From contig CAWETW010000001.1 of NCBI GenBank assembly GCA_963812155.1, positions 512,001 to 576,000 on the forward strand: DNA of 64,000 bases, written 5' to 3'. This DNA comes from Vulcanimicrobiota bacterium. Lineage in GTDB: Bacteria > Vulcanimicrobiota > Vulcanimicrobiia > Vulcanimicrobiales > Vulcanimicrobiaceae. The translations under genes were made by a program, and so were the position numbers. Position 1 is the first letter of the stretch. Every line of letters starts with the position of its first letter. Below, piece after piece: positions 1 through 10,166 of the stretch. The notes beneath the pieces were generated by a model. That model was given only the letters and a program-made list of their open reading frames with translations, did not search any database and was not told where the DNA came from.

Positions 1-172
1 CGGCGCGCAACGCTTCCACGATCGGCCGCGCCTCATCGGTGCTCCTCAACGTTGCGCCGTAGGCTTCTAGGAACGTTTCGATCCACCGCAACGCCGCAGC
101 CGGCGGCGGCTCTTCGAGCGCGCCCCAGCGCTGCATGGCGGCAGCGAGATCGCCGGTCGCAACGACGCTCAC
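1..172 (-). CDS. Hypothetical protein, 5' part (runs off window)
   Basis: GTG at 172 overlaps the ispF stop (GTGA); open frame MSVVATGDLAAAMQRWGALEE... to the window edge. Confidence 0.55.
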   Translation of the reverse strand, partial: MSVVATGDLAAAMQRWGALEEPPPAAALRWIETFLEAYGATLRSTDEARPIVEALRA

Positions 173-654
173 GCTGCGTTCGCCTCGCCGAGTAAGGCAA
201 CCGCGTGCGCCGCAATGCCGCTGCCGTCGCCGGTGTAGCCCAAGCCTTCGCTGCTCTTAGCCTTCACGCTCACGCAGTCGAGCCCGACGGCGAGGCGCGC
301 CGCGACGTTCTCGCGCATGTGCAACACGTGTGCTGCGAGTTTCGGGCGATCGACGACGATCGTCGCGTCGACGTTGACGATGCGCCAGCCGGCATCGCGC
401 ACTTCGCGCGCGCACGCTTCCAGCAGCGCCATGGAATCGGCGTCTTTCCAGCGCGCGTCGGTATCGGGGAAGCGGCCGCCGAGATCGCCGAGCGCGGCCG
501 CGCCCAACAAGGCGTCGGACAGCGCGTGCGCCAGCACGTCGGCATCGGAGTGGCCGAGCGCGCCCCGCTCGAACGGGATGCGAACGCCGCCCAACACGAG
601 CGCGCGCCCCTCTACGAGGCGATGCGCGTCGAAGCCGTAGCCGACGCGCGTCAC
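169..654 (-). CDS. ispF: 2-C-methyl-D-erythritol 2,4-cyclodiphosphate synthase
   Basis: GYGFDAH, GHSDADV, GDLG-FPD motifs; follows ispD. Confidence 0.97.
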   Translation of the reverse strand: MTRVGYGFDAHRLVEGRALVLGGVRIPFERGALGHSDADVLAHALSDALLGAAALGDLGGRFPDTDARWKDADSMALLEACAREVRDAGWRIVNVDATIVVDRPKLAAHVLHMRENVAARLAVGLDCVSVKAKSSEGLGYTGDGSGIAAHAVALLGEANAA

Positions 655-1367
655 CGGGAAGCTTCCACCGCGCCGCGCTCGCGCAGCAACGCTTCGACGC
701 GCGCGACGTCGGCCGGCAGCGTCACTTTGAAGTTTTCACCGGAGGCCGGGACGACGACGACTTCGATACCGGCGCGTTCGAGCAACACCGCGTCGTCGGT
801 CGCAATCGCGCCCTCGCGTGCGGCGAGTTCGTGTGCGCGCCGCAGATCGGCGGCGGTGGCCATCTGCGGCGTTTGCGCCGCCCACAAGCGCTCACGATCG
901 AGCGTTTCGACGACCGCATGCGTGTGCGCATCCACCACCTTTACCGTATCCACGACGGGACCGGCGAGGAGCGCGCCGCGTCCGGCGCGCACGACCTGCA
1001 TGGCGGCGCGTACGTCCCCGGCGCGTACGAGCGGACGCGCGCCGTCGTGAATCAAGATGCCGTCGCAATGCGGCGATAGTGCGCGCAAGCCGTTGAACGC
1101 GCTTTCCCGCCGCGTCGCGCCGCCGGATACGACGCGCGTGCGCCGATCGGCGCCCAGGCGCGCACACAGTTCGCGCATCGGCTCGATCCACGCCGGCTCG
1201 GTGGCGATAACGAGTTCCGCGATTTCGGGCATACCGGCAAAGGTGCGGATGCACCAGCCGGCCAGCGGCAGGCCGGCCACGTCGAGCAACTGTTTCGGAC
1301 GGCCAAAGCGCTCGCCGCGGCCGGCCGCGACGATCACCGCACCCCATGCCAAAGGGCTCTGGCTCAT
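651..1367 (-). CDS. ispD: 2-C-methyl-D-erythritol 4-phosphate cytidylyltransferase
   Basis: AAGRGERFG-PKQ, HDGARP, QTPQ, TDD, NFKVT motifs. Confidence 0.96.
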   Translation of the reverse strand: MSQSPLAWGAVIVAAGRGERFGRPKQLLDVAGLPLAGWCIRTFAGMPEIAELVIATEPAWIEPMRELCARLGADRRTRVVSGGATRRESAFNGLRALSPHCDGILIHDGARPLVRAGDVRAAMQVVRAGRGALLAGPVVDTVKVVDAHTHAVVETLDRERLWAAQTPQMATAADLRRAHELAAREGAIATDDAVLLERAGIEVVVVPASGENFKVTLPADVARVEALLRERGAVEASR

Positions 1368-2437
1368 TCGCGTTTGGGCTTGGCGAAGATCATGCGTCCC
1401 GCGACCGTTTGCAGCACGCTCGTAACGACCACGTCGGTCTCTTCCCCAATCAAGCGGCGGCCCTGCTCGACGACGATCATGGTGCCGTCGTCGAGGTAAC
1501 CGACGCCTTGATGCATCTCCTTACCTTCCCGAATCACGGCGACGTGCAGTTCTTCGCCGGGCAACACGACGGGTTTCACCGCATCCGCCAACTCGTTGAC
1601 GTTGAGCGCCTCGATGCCTTCGACGTGCGCCATGCGATTGAGGTTGTAGTCGTTGGTGACGAGTTTTGCGCTCATCTCCTGCGCGAGCCGCACCAAACGC
1701 GCGTCGACGTTGCCGAGCGCCATGTCGTTGAAATCGCGTTCGCTGATCTCGACGGCCGCAAGTTCCTGCAACCGGCTGAGCACGTCGAAACCGCGCCGCC
1801 CGCGCATCCGCTTGAGCGGGTCGACAGAATCCGAGATGGTCTGCAGTTCGCGCAAGACGAAGCGCGGCACCACGAGCGGCCCTTCCAGGAATCCGCACTC
1901 GACGATTTTTACGATGCGCCCGTCGACGATCGACGACGTGTCGACGACCTTCACTACGTTTGCCGTTCCGGGTTTTGCGCCGTCCTGATCGAGCACCGGA
2001 AGGATGCGCGTCTTGGCGCCGACGCGCGCGCCGAGATATGCGGCCGAGAACGCAAAGATGAGGTAGAGCACGATTGCGACGTAGGTTCCGGCCCGGCCGA
2101 TGCCGGTTACGACTTCGAAAATGATGCTCTTGATGAGGAACGCAACGATGAGGCCGACGATCAATCCGACGGCGCCGCCGGCGATTTCCGCAGGCGTGAG
2201 GCGTTCCATCGCACGTTCGGCCGACTCGAGCTCGCCTTCGACTAAAGTCTGCGCGAGCGGAGCGAGCAGCGCGCCGACGATCGCGCCCACGACGGGCGAA
2301 ATCACCAGCAAGGCAAGTTGCAGGCCTTCGTTTGCGACGTGCAGCGACAATAGATGGAGATACGCTTCGCGTCCCAGCAAAAAACCGGTGACGCCGAAGA
2401 TGACGATGAACGCGCCCCGCAGCAGATTTCGTGCCAG
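1364..2437 (-). CDS. PIN/TRAM domain membrane protein (YacL-like)
   Basis: N-terminal TM helices, DTSSIVDGRI PIN motif, RGRRG, TNDYNLN, GVGYLDDGTMIVVE TRAM; start extended to in-frame CTG 2437 to include the first TM helix. Confidence 0.9.
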   Translation of the reverse strand: MARNLLRGAFIVIFGVTGFLLGREAYLHLLSLHVANEGLQLALLVISPVVGAIVGALLAPLAQTLVEGELESAERAMERLTPAEIAGGAVGLIVGLIVAFLIKSIIFEVVTGIGRAGTYVAIVLYLIFAFSAAYLGARVGAKTRILPVLDQDGAKPGTANVVKVVDTSSIVDGRIVKIVECGFLEGPLVVPRFVLRELQTISDSVDPLKRMRGRRGFDVLSRLQELAAVEISERDFNDMALGNVDARLVRLAQEMSAKLVTNDYNLNRMAHVEGIEALNVNELADAVKPVVLPGEELHVAVIREGKEMHQGVGYLDDGTMIVVEQGRRLIGEETDVVVTSVLQTVAGRMIFAKPKRE

Positions 2438-2456
2438 ACTCGGCTCTAGTCGAATG

Positions 2457-3578
2457 TTAGGGAACCTCTAAGAAAGCGCCGCAAACGTCGTTGGCGACGA
2501 ACCGGCCCCGGCCGGTTAGCCTCACGCGGTCTTCGGTGCGTTCGAGCAACCCCAACTCGGCGAACCGCGAAACGACGGATGCGTAACGGCGCACGACGTC
2601 AATGCCGTATCGCTCTTTGAACTCGGCCAGGCCGACCCCTTGCGCGGTGCGCAGTGCGAGCATAATCGCTTCGCCGGCCCGCTGGGCGCCCTCGAGGCGC
2701 TCGGTCTGGGCAGGAATCGGACGCCTTGAGAGCGCGGCCTCCACATAGTCGTCGAGCGATTTGGTGTGCACCGAGCGTTCGCCGTCACGAAACGACGCCG
2801 CGCCTACGCCGAGACCGATGTAGTCGCCGTTGTCCCAGTAGTTCGCATTGTGACGGCAACGATGACCGGGGCGCGCGAAGTTACTGATCTCGTAGTGCTC
2901 GTAGCCCGCGCCGGCGAGCAAATCGATGGCGGCAGCGTAAAGTTCGGCCTCGCGCACGTCGTCGAAAAAGGCTTGCGGCTCGCGCTGCTCCCACACTGCG
3001 TACGGCGTGCCGCTTTCGACGGTCAATCCGTAGGCCGAAACGTGATCGGGCTGCAACGCGATTGCGTGCTGGAGCGACTCGCGCCACGTCTCGAGCGACT
3101 GGCCGGGCACGGCAAACATCAAGTCGAGCGAGATCGATTCGACGCCCGCAGCGCGTGCCCACGTGACGGCGCGCGCGACGTCGTCCGGCACGTGCTTGCG
3201 GCCGAGCACGGCGATTTCTTTCGGATCGAACGACTGGACGCCGATCGACGCGCGCGTTATCCCGGCGCGCACGTAGGCGTCGAAATCGCCGGCCCGCACG
3301 AGCTCCGGATTGAGTTCGATCGAGGCCTCCTCGAACGCGCCGAAACGCTCGCGCAACCGCGCGGCGAGCGCGGCGATCGTTGCGGCGTCGTACGCATTGG
3401 GCGTTCCCCCGCCGAGAAAGAGCGTGGCAGCCGCAGCGGCGGGCTGACGATCGATTTCTGCATGGAGTGCGTCGAGGTAGCGGCGCGACGCGCTCGCGCG
3501 CATCGGCCACTTCGCGAAGTCGCAGTAGGGGCAGATATAGGGGCAGAACGGCAGATGCACGTAGACGCCGAGCGCCAT
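2457..3578 (-). CDS. hemW: Radical SAM heme chaperone HemW (HemN-like)
   Basis: YVHLPFCPYICPYCDF (CxxxCxxC), GGGTP, YEISNFA, HNANYW. Confidence 0.92.
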   Translation of the reverse strand: MALGVYVHLPFCPYICPYCDFAKWPMRASASRRYLDALHAEIDRQPAAAAATLFLGGGTPNAYDAATIAALAARLRERFGAFEEASIELNPELVRAGDFDAYVRAGITRASIGVQSFDPKEIAVLGRKHVPDDVARAVTWARAAGVESISLDLMFAVPGQSLETWRESLQHAIALQPDHVSAYGLTVESGTPYAVWEQREPQAFFDDVREAELYAAAIDLLAGAGYEHYEISNFARPGHRCRHNANYWDNGDYIGLGVGAASFRDGERSVHTKSLDDYVEAALSRRPIPAQTERLEGAQRAGEAIMLALRTAQGVGLAEFKERYGIDVVRRYASVVSRFAELGLLERTEDRVRLTGRGRFVANDVCGAFLEVP

Positions 3579-3582
3579 CGGC

Positions 3583-4437
3583 TCATTCTCCTTGCGCGAC
3601 GAAAACGCCGACCGCGCCGGGACCGCCGTGCGCTGCGATCACCGGGCCGGCCTCCCAAATCTCCAAACGCGCGGGGCGTTCGTCGCCGAGACGTTCGCGC
3701 AGCCGCACCTCGGCCGCTTGTGCGAGTGCCGGCGCATTGGTGTGCATGACGATGAATTGCGCTTGGTGGATCGGCGGAGCGGTTTTGAGAATCAGATCGA
3801 GCATCGTCTCCTGCGCGCGCGCGAAGGTGCGGACTTGCACTTTGGCCGCGACCTTTCCGTCGTCGAGCGCGAGCACCGGCACGATCTTCATCATCGTTCC
3901 CATCGCGGCTTGAGCCGAGCCGATGCGGCCGGTGCGCTGCAGGTGAGAAAGATCCGACACACAGGCGTAGAGATGCTGGCGCTCGCGCCAGGCATCGAGC
4001 GATGCGACGATCGCGTCGAGCGTTGCTCCGCGCTGCGCCATGGCGTGGGCGTGCTGCACCATCATACCAAGGCCTCCGGCAGCCGTCTTCGAATCGTAGA
4101 TGTGAATGCGCGCGCCGGGAAAGCGCTGCGCCGCCGCCATCGCCGCATTGATCGTTCCCGAGACATGCGACGAAATGACGATGCAGAGCACCTCGTCACC
4201 CGCCTCGACCGGCCCGGCAAACGCCTCTTCGAACATCCCGGCGGAGGGTTGCGACGTGCTGGGAAGCACGCTTTCCGACTTCAGTTTGCGATAAAACTCC
4301 TCGCGTGAAAGTTCGACGCGATCCTTATAGCTGCGATCGCCGAACACGACGTAGAGCGGCACGACCGCGATGCCTTCGGAACGCGGCTCTCCCGGCTCGA
4401 GATCCGATGTCGAGTCGGTGACGATTGCTACCGCCAA
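3583..4437 (-). CDS. DegV family fatty-acid-binding protein (FakB-like)
   Basis: IVTDSTSDL, STSQPS, SGT, GRIG, HGGPG motifs. Confidence 0.93.
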   Translation of the reverse strand: MAVAIVTDSTSDLEPGEPRSEGIAVVPLYVVFGDRSYKDRVELSREEFYRKLKSESVLPSTSQPSAGMFEEAFAGPVEAGDEVLCIVISSHVSGTINAAMAAAQRFPGARIHIYDSKTAAGGLGMMVQHAHAMAQRGATLDAIVASLDAWRERQHLYACVSDLSHLQRTGRIGSAQAAMGTMMKIVPVLALDDGKVAAKVQVRTFARAQETMLDLILKTAPPIHQAQFIVMHTNAPALAQAAEVRLRERLGDERPARLEIWEAGPVIAAHGGPGAVGVFVAQGE

Positions 4438-4455
4438 CGGTGAGGGAGCCTCTCC

Positions 4456-5487
4456 TTATGCCTTCTGAACTGTTTCGACGGGCGGTAGCGACGAAGATAC
4501 CATCCGATTGATCCTGCCGACGACGTCGTGGTTCACTTCTTGAATCGCGGCGAGCGTCGCGTGCTTCACCGCGTTGCGGCCGGCCCGTCCGTGCGTGACG
4601 ATACAGTTTCCCCGCAAACCGAGCAACGGCGCGCCGCCGTAGCGCTCGTAGTCGAAACGCTGCCGCAGGCGTTTCAACGCCGGAGCCAGCATTGCGGTAC
4701 CGAGTTTCGTCAACAGGCCGCCTCCGAGCAACGTTTCCCGCAACACCATCGCGAGGTCGGCGATCATGCCTTCACCGGTTTTGAGGACGACGTTGCCGAC
4801 AAAGCCGTCGGTAACGATCACGTCGGCAACATTATGGAAGAGATCGCGCCCTTCGACGTTTCCGATGAAGTTGACGGGCGACGATGCGAGCAGCTTCGCC
4901 GTCTCCAGCACTTGTTGGTTTCCCTTGGTGCGTTCCTCGCCCACCGAAAGCAGCGCAACGCGAGGATGAGCGATGTTCAGCACGCCTTTGGAATAGGCTG
5001 AACCCATGATCGCGAACTGCACCAGCCACTCCGGGCGGCAATCGACGTTGGCGCCGGAATCGAGCAGCACGGTCGGACCGTCGAGGCCCGGCCAAACGGT
5101 CGCGATCGCCGGGCGCGAAATGCCTTCGATCGGGCGCAGCTTGATGAGCGCAATTGCAAGGAAGGCTCCGCTGTTTCCAGCCGAGACGACCGCGTCGGCC
5201 TCGCCACGTTTCACCAAGCCGACCGCGATGCCGAGCGAGGTACGGTCCGCCGAGCGTAAGGCCGCCGAAGGGTTCTGATCCATCGGAACCGCCTCCGGCG
5301 CGTGCACGACGCTCACGCGCTCGGGCGCGCCGCGAAGCAACGCACGGACGCGCGGCTCGTCACCGACGAGCACGATCCGCGCGTTCGACTCGGCCGCGGC
5401 CAGCAAGGCACCGGCGACGATCTCCTCGGGAGCGTGATCGCCGCCCATGGCGTCGACCGCGATCCGGGGCGTCGCGCTATTATTCAT
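4456..5487 (-). CDS. plsX: Phosphate acyltransferase PlsX
   Basis: AVDAMGGDHAP, SAGNSGA, DSGANVD, DGFVGNVVLK, GGAPLLG. Confidence 0.96.
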   Translation of the reverse strand: MNNSATPRIAVDAMGGDHAPEEIVAGALLAAAESNARIVLVGDEPRVRALLRGAPERVSVVHAPEAVPMDQNPSAALRSADRTSLGIAVGLVKRGEADAVVSAGNSGAFLAIALIKLRPIEGISRPAIATVWPGLDGPTVLLDSGANVDCRPEWLVQFAIMGSAYSKGVLNIAHPRVALLSVGEERTKGNQQVLETAKLLASSPVNFIGNVEGRDLFHNVADVIVTDGFVGNVVLKTGEGMIADLAMVLRETLLGGGLLTKLGTAMLAPALKRLRQRFDYERYGGAPLLGLRGNCIVTHGRAGRNAVKHATLAAIQEVNHDVVGRINRMVSSSLPPVETVQKA

Positions 5488-7072
5488 CGAGCGACAGCCA
5501 ATATTCGGCGTTCTTCATACCGCCGTAGTAGTATTCGACGGCGGCCTCCGGAAAAGATGCCTGAAGTTCATCTCCGAGGCGCTGGGCGTCCCGTTCCTTC
5601 TGAGTGCCCCCGTAGTAGAGGGTCACCAGGCCGCCCCCCGCGGCGCCGAGCTCCTGGAGCGCCGCCCGCGCCGCCTCGGCGGGCGTTTCTCCGGCAACCA
5701 TCCTCCCGGCGGCAACTGCGGCGGCCTTACCTTTGGCGACCGACACGCCGCCGACGGTCGCATCTTTGCCGGCAAGGAACACCTGCGCGCTGCGCACCCG
5801 TTCGGTTGCAGCTAGCAGCGCGGCGGGATCGGGAAGTTCGCCGTCGACGGCGCTGCCCAAGGCGAACAGTCCGGCGATGCCGGCGACGATGTCGGGCGTA
5901 GGAACGACGTGCAGCCGCTTTTCGGTCAAGCGGACGACTTCCGATGCGGCCAGCGCGACGTTCTTGTCGTTGACGAAAAGATAGACGTCGTCGTGAATGC
6001 ACTTGTTCACGGCGAGCAGCAGGTCGCGAACGCTGGGATTCTTCGCATTCGAGACGACGACTTCGGCGCCGAGCTCGCGCGCGATTCGCTCGAAGCCCTC
6101 GCCCGGAACGAGCGCGACGATCGAACGTCCATTCGCGGGCTTCTCGACGACGAGCACGGTGTGCTGACGCTCCATGTCGTCGACTTTGACGCGCGTCACC
6201 TCGCCGAGTTTCGCGGCAATTTCTTGTACGCGTTCGGGATCGTCGGTGTGCATGTGCACCTTGATCGTCGGTTCCGATCCGACGACGAGGAGCGACTCGC
6301 CGCGCGGCTCGAGCAGCCGGCGCACTTCCGGAACGCTCGCACGCGCGTTCTGCAGCACGAACTCGGTGCAGAATTTATTTTCGCCGACGCGCTGCTGCGG
6401 CGTGAAGACGCTTGCGCGCGAAGGCCGCCGGGGGAACGCCGTCGCGCGAGCTTTGCTCTCCGGCAAAAAGCGCAAGATGCCCTCGAGGAAATAGACGAAC
6501 CCGGCGCCGCCGGAATCCACGACGCCCGCTTCCTTGAGCACCGGCAACTGCTCCGGCGTGCGATCGAGCGCCTCGTTCGCGGCACGCAGCACGGCCGTGA
6601 CGAGGCGATAGAAATCGGGCTCCTTGAGGGCGAGTTTGTAGGCGGCGTCGGCGGCGGCATCGGCGACGGAGACGATCGTTCCCTCGACCGGGCGCACGAG
6701 CGCTTGTCGGGCGGCGGCGGCGGCCTCGCGCATGCCGGTTGCCAGCACGAACGTGTCGATCGTACTCCGGTGGCGCACGTGGTGTGCGAAACCGCGGAGC
6801 ATCTGCGAGAGGATGACGCCGGAGTTCCCGCGGGCGCCCATCAGGCTGCCCTCCGCGGCTCGCGCGGCGACCTCCGAGATCGGGGCATCGTGCAGTTTGG
6901 CCGACTCGAGCGTGGCGGCGCGAAGGGTGAGGTACATGTTCGTGCCGGTGTCGCCGTCGGGGACCGGAAAGACGTTAAGGTCGTTGAGGACCTGCCGGTA
7001 CTTCCTCAAGAAGTACGTGCCGGCGGCGAGAAACTTCGCATATCCCCGGCCGTCCAAGACGATCACGTCCAC
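5480..7072 (-). CDS. DAK2 domain fatty acid kinase catalytic subunit (FakA/YloV-like)
   Basis: [44 protein letters not shown]; likely start GTG 7072 (track ORF over-extended). Confidence 0.93.
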   Translation of the reverse strand: MDVIVLDGRGYAKFLAAGTYFLRKYRQVLNDLNVFPVPDGDTGTNMYLTLRAATLESAKLHDAPISEVAARAAEGSLMGARGNSGVILSQMLRGFAHHVRHRSTIDTFVLATGMREAAAAARQALVRPVEGTIVSVADAAADAAYKLALKEPDFYRLVTAVLRAANEALDRTPEQLPVLKEAGVVDSGGAGFVYFLEGILRFLPESKARATAFPRRPSRASVFTPQQRVGENKFCTEFVLQNARASVPEVRRLLEPRGESLLVVGSEPTIKVHMHTDDPERVQEIAAKLGEVTRVKVDDMERQHTVLVVEKPANGRSIVALVPGEGFERIARELGAEVVVSNAKNPSVRDLLLAVNKCIHDDVYLFVNDKNVALAASEVVRLTEKRLHVVPTPDIVAGIAGLFALGSAVDGELPDPAALLAATERVRSAQVFLAGKDATVGGVSVAKGKAAAVAAGRMVAGETPAEAARAALQELGAAGGGLVTLYYGGTQKERDAQRLGDELQASFPEAAVEYYYGGMKNAEYWLSLDE

Positions 7073-7106
7073 GGCGGGGCCTCTTTGGGGGCACCCCAAG
7101 GATTCC

Positions 7107-7135
7107 TTGCCCCCGGGTGGCCGCCGTGGTATCAT
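7107..7135 (+). promoter_or_regulatory. Sigma70-type promoter for rpmB
   Basis: TTGCCC (7107-7112), 17-bp spacer, TATCAT (7130-7135) with upstream TG extension. Confidence 0.6.
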
Positions 7136-7158
7136 CCGTTGGTTGTCTACCCTAGTGG

Positions 7159-7199
7159 TGTCATCCTGAGCGCAGGCGCGCAGCGCCGCAGTCGAAGGA
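7159..7199 (+). repeat. REP-like palindromic element, copy 1
   Basis: TGTCATCCTGAGCG-CAGGCGCGCAGCGCCGCA-GTCGAAGGA; related ends recur at 9434, 45566, 49523. Confidence 0.8.
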
Positions 7200-7240
7200 T
7201 GCGACGTTTCTCTCACCCGACCGACACGAAGGAAATCCCG

Positions 7241-7432
7241 ATGGCGAAGCGCTGTGAAGTCTGTGGCAAGGGCCCGCGTTCGGGCAACAACGTCAGCCAC
7301 GCCATGAACAAAACGAAGCGCCGCTGGCTGCCCAATTTGCAGTCGGTGAAAGTCGACGATCACGGCACGCACCGCACCGCCAAGGTGTGCACGCAGTGCC
7401 TGCGCTCCAAGCGCATCACCCGCAAGGCCTAA
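7241..7432 (+). CDS. rpmB: 50S ribosomal protein L28 (Zn-ribbon form)
   Basis: [34 protein letters not shown]...[17 protein letters not shown]. Confidence 0.97.
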   Translation: MAKRCEVCGKGPRSGNNVSHAMNKTKRRWLPNLQSVKVDDHGTHRTAKVCTQCLRSKRITRKA

Positions 7433-7443
7433 CTTCGGCTCCG

Positions 7444-8418
7444 GTGTCGCTGCTTCGCGCGGCCGGCGCGCTCGCAATCGCGGGATTGCTGTGCGCGTGT
7501 TCGGCATCGCAGTCCGTCCCGGCCTCAAACCGGTTCGTGCCCGAAGGGGCGAGATCTTCGGTCCGCACGCTTCCGCAGAATCTCCGTGGCATCACCTACG
7601 ATGACATATCGAGTCACTGCGCGACCACGCAGGCGCAGCTGAAGACGGAACAACTCCTGAACCAGCCGGCCATCCGCGTCGTCTTCGATCCGATCAAAGC
7701 CTCATGCTACGCCACGGCGGTTACGAATCTGGATCGATACGGCTATACGATGGGCGAGCTGGTCGACAGCTCGTCGATGAAGCGCTATACGCTCTCGCAA
7801 GTAAAATCGCGCGCGAAGGATTACCTGACGACCCTTGGCGGCGGCATCGACCTATGGGAGATCGGCAACGAGGTCAACGGCGAATGGCTCAGCCGCGTGC
7901 ACTGCCCAACGCAGCACGAGTGTGCGGCCCAGGCTCACGACGTCATGGCGAAAGTCGAGGCGATGTACGACGCCGTCACCGCCAAAGGTTATGCGACCGA
8001 GCTCACGCTCTACTATCAGGGTTCCAAGACGGTGACGCCGGGTTACGAAATGCTGCCCTGGGAACAAACCTACGTCCCCAGCCGCATGCACGCGGGTTTA
8101 CGGTACGTCCTGGTTTCGTATTACGAAGCCGGCAATAACGGCATCCGTCCCTCGCACGCAGAGTTGGATGGCATTTTTCGCACGTTGGCACAGGATTTTC
8201 CGAACGCAAAGATCGGTTTCGGCGAAATCGGGATGGCTCATCCGATTGCGCAATCCAGCCTGTCGAAGGCGGAAGACATCTTCTCCTACTACCAGACGCT
8301 CAGTTTTGCAAACGTCCCGTCGTACACGCGTGCGGGCTTTTGGTGGTACTCCGCCGAGGATCTCGTTCCGTCCACAAAATGGCCCGCGTTCTTCACTGAA
8401 GTGCAGTCGAAGCTATAA
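7444..8418 (+). CDS. Secreted/lipoprotein, probable clan GH-A glycoside hydrolase fold
   Basis: Lipobox-like LCAC after a hydrophobic leader; WEIGNEVNGEW and FGEIG motifs. Confidence 0.6.
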   Translation: MSLLRAAGALAIAGLLCACSASQSVPASNRFVPEGARSSVRTLPQNLRGITYDDISSHCATTQAQLKTEQLLNQPAIRVVFDPIKASCYATAVTNLDRYGYTMGELVDSSSMKRYTLSQVKSRAKDYLTTLGGGIDLWEIGNEVNGEWLSRVHCPTQHECAAQAHDVMAKVEAMYDAVTAKGYATELTLYYQGSKTVTPGYEMLPWEQTYVPSRMHAGLRYVLVSYYEAGNNGIRPSHAELDGIFRTLAQDFPNAKIGFGEIGMAHPIAQSSLSKAEDIFSYYQTLSFANVPSYTRAGFWWYSAEDLVPSTKWPAFFTEVQSKL

Positions 8419-8442
8419 GCCTCTTCGCCCGCGCGGGGAACC

Positions 8443-9414
8443 CTATCCCGAAAAGTGATCCCAGCCGGTGCGGGCGAGCGATTCGCCGCGGAACTCGAGC
8501 CCTGCTTCGGCGCGCAACACGCCGACGCGATGCAGCGGTCGCTTAAAACGCGCGCTGAAACGCCGCGCAAGGTGCGCGAAAGCGCGCGGCGCGATCGCAA
8601 CCAGTAGTTCGAAATCTTCGCCGCCGGCAAGTGCGTAACGCTCCGGATCCTCGCCCAAAGCCGTAGCGGCCTCGCGCGCAGACGGCGCCGCCGGAACGCC
8701 CTCGAGAATCGCGCCGCAGCCGCTCGCCGCACACAGGCGATCGAGATCCGTCGAGAGCCCGTCGGAGATATCCATCATCGCCTGAACGTTGGCGCTCGCG
8801 CTGAAAAAGCGCCCTTCCGCGCAGCGCGCTTCCGGCCGGCGAAACGCGCGCAAAGCATCGCGTTCTGCGTCGCCGGTCAATGCAACGCGGCCCGATGCGC
8901 AGTCGAGCCCCGCGCGCGCCGCGCCGAGCACACCCGTCACCGCGAGCACGGCGCCGGGGCGTCCGCCCGCGCGCGTCTTCACGTTCGAGGGTCGCACTTC
9001 GCCGACGGCCGTGATCGCGATCGTCAGCACCGGCGCTCGCGACAAGTCGCCGCCGGCGATGTCCAGCCCCGACGCGCGCGCCGACTGCGACAATCCCTCG
9101 TACAGCTCGCATAACGCGTCGAAGCCGTAATCCTCCGGCACGCCGAGCGCGACGGTCGCCAGCAGCGGCCGCGCGCCCATTGCGGCTAGATCCGATGCGT
9201 TGGCAGCCATTGCGCGCCACCCCACGTCGCCGGCAGACATCGCGTCGCGCGTGAAGTGCACGCCTTCGACGAGGATGTCGGTCGTGATCGCGCTGCGGTG
9301 CGAACGCGACGGCTGCCAGAGCGCCGCGTCGTCGCCGATGCCGAGCACGATTCGCCGCTGAGCGGCCGGTTCGACAATCGCGCGAATTGCCGCGATGACA
9401 TCGTCTTCACGCAT
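8443..9414 (-). CDS. thiL: Thiamine-monophosphate kinase
   Basis: GIGDDAA, VEGVHF, NASDLAAMGA, DISDGL, GGEDFEL. Confidence 0.96.
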   Translation of the reverse strand: MREDDVIAAIRAIVEPAAQRRIVLGIGDDAALWQPSRSHRSAITTDILVEGVHFTRDAMSAGDVGWRAMAANASDLAAMGARPLLATVALGVPEDYGFDALCELYEGLSQSARASGLDIAGGDLSRAPVLTIAITAVGEVRPSNVKTRAGGRPGAVLAVTGVLGAARAGLDCASGRVALTGDAERDALRAFRRPEARCAEGRFFSASANVQAMMDISDGLSTDLDRLCAASGCGAILEGVPAAPSAREAATALGEDPERYALAGGEDFELLVAIAPRAFAHLARRFSARFKRPLHRVGVLRAEAGLEFRGESLARTGWDHFSG

Positions 9415-9433
9415 GTTCGTTAGTTGCCGCTCG

Positions 9434-9497
9434 TCCTTCGACTGCGCGCCCCTTCGACTCGCTGCGCTCGCTCAGGGGAGCTTCGCTCAGGATGACA
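9434..9497 (-). repeat. REP-like element, copy 2 (nested)
   Basis: Outer TGTCATCCTGAGCG...GTCGAAGGA enclosing inner CCCCTGAGCGAGCGCAGCGAGTCGAAGGGG (9449-9478). Confidence 0.8.
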
Positions 9498-9504
9498 CTG
9501 CGGA

Positions 9505-10166
9505 TCACTGGAGCAGCGAGCGGATGCGTCGGAGTTCGGCGCCGGGGTCGGCCGCACCGAAAATCGTCGAGCCCATGACGAGCACGTCGGCTCCGGCCTC
9601 GACGAGTTCGCGCGCGTTGCGCTCGCCGACGCCGCCGTCGATTTCGATCAGACACGCGACGCCGCGGCCGTCGATCATCTCGCGCAGTTCGCGAACCTTG
9701 TCGAACGTGCGCGGAATGAACTGCTGCCCGGAGAAACCCGGGATTGACGCTCATCACGAGCACCGTGTCGCAGTCCTCGATAATGTCTTGCAGCATCAAC
9801 GACCGGCGTTTGCGGGCAGATCGCGATGCCGGCCTTGGCTCCGAGCGAGCGGATGTGCGTCAGCAGGCGTTGCGCGTGCGGGGTCGCTTCGAGGTGAAAC
9901 GTGATGCGGTCGCAGCCGGCCGCTCGAAAATCGTCGACGTAGCGCTCCGGCTCGACGATCATCAGGTGCGCATCGAAGACCAACGGCGAGAGCGGCCGCA
10001 AGTCGCCGATGATCTTCGGTCCCCAGGTGATGTTCGGCACGAACCGTCCGTCCATCACGTCGAGGTGCAGGTAATCGGCGCCGGCGGCTTCGACCGTGGC
10101 GATTTGCTCGGCGATGCGCGCGAAATCCGCCGACAGCAGCGACGGGGCGATCTTCGTGGCGCTCAC
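9505..10166 (-). CDS. rpe: Ribulose-phosphate 3-epimerase (two frameshifts, ~9800 and ~9730)
   Basis: APSLLSADF, HLDVMDG-FVPN, DAHLMI, MSVNPGF, IEIDGG spread over three frames. Confidence 0.9.

Noticed and set aside
5909..7528. Long overlapping ORFs 5909..7432 (+) and the extension of 5480..7528 (-)
   Set aside because: High-GC shadow frames; the real genes are FakA from 7072 and rpmB from 7241
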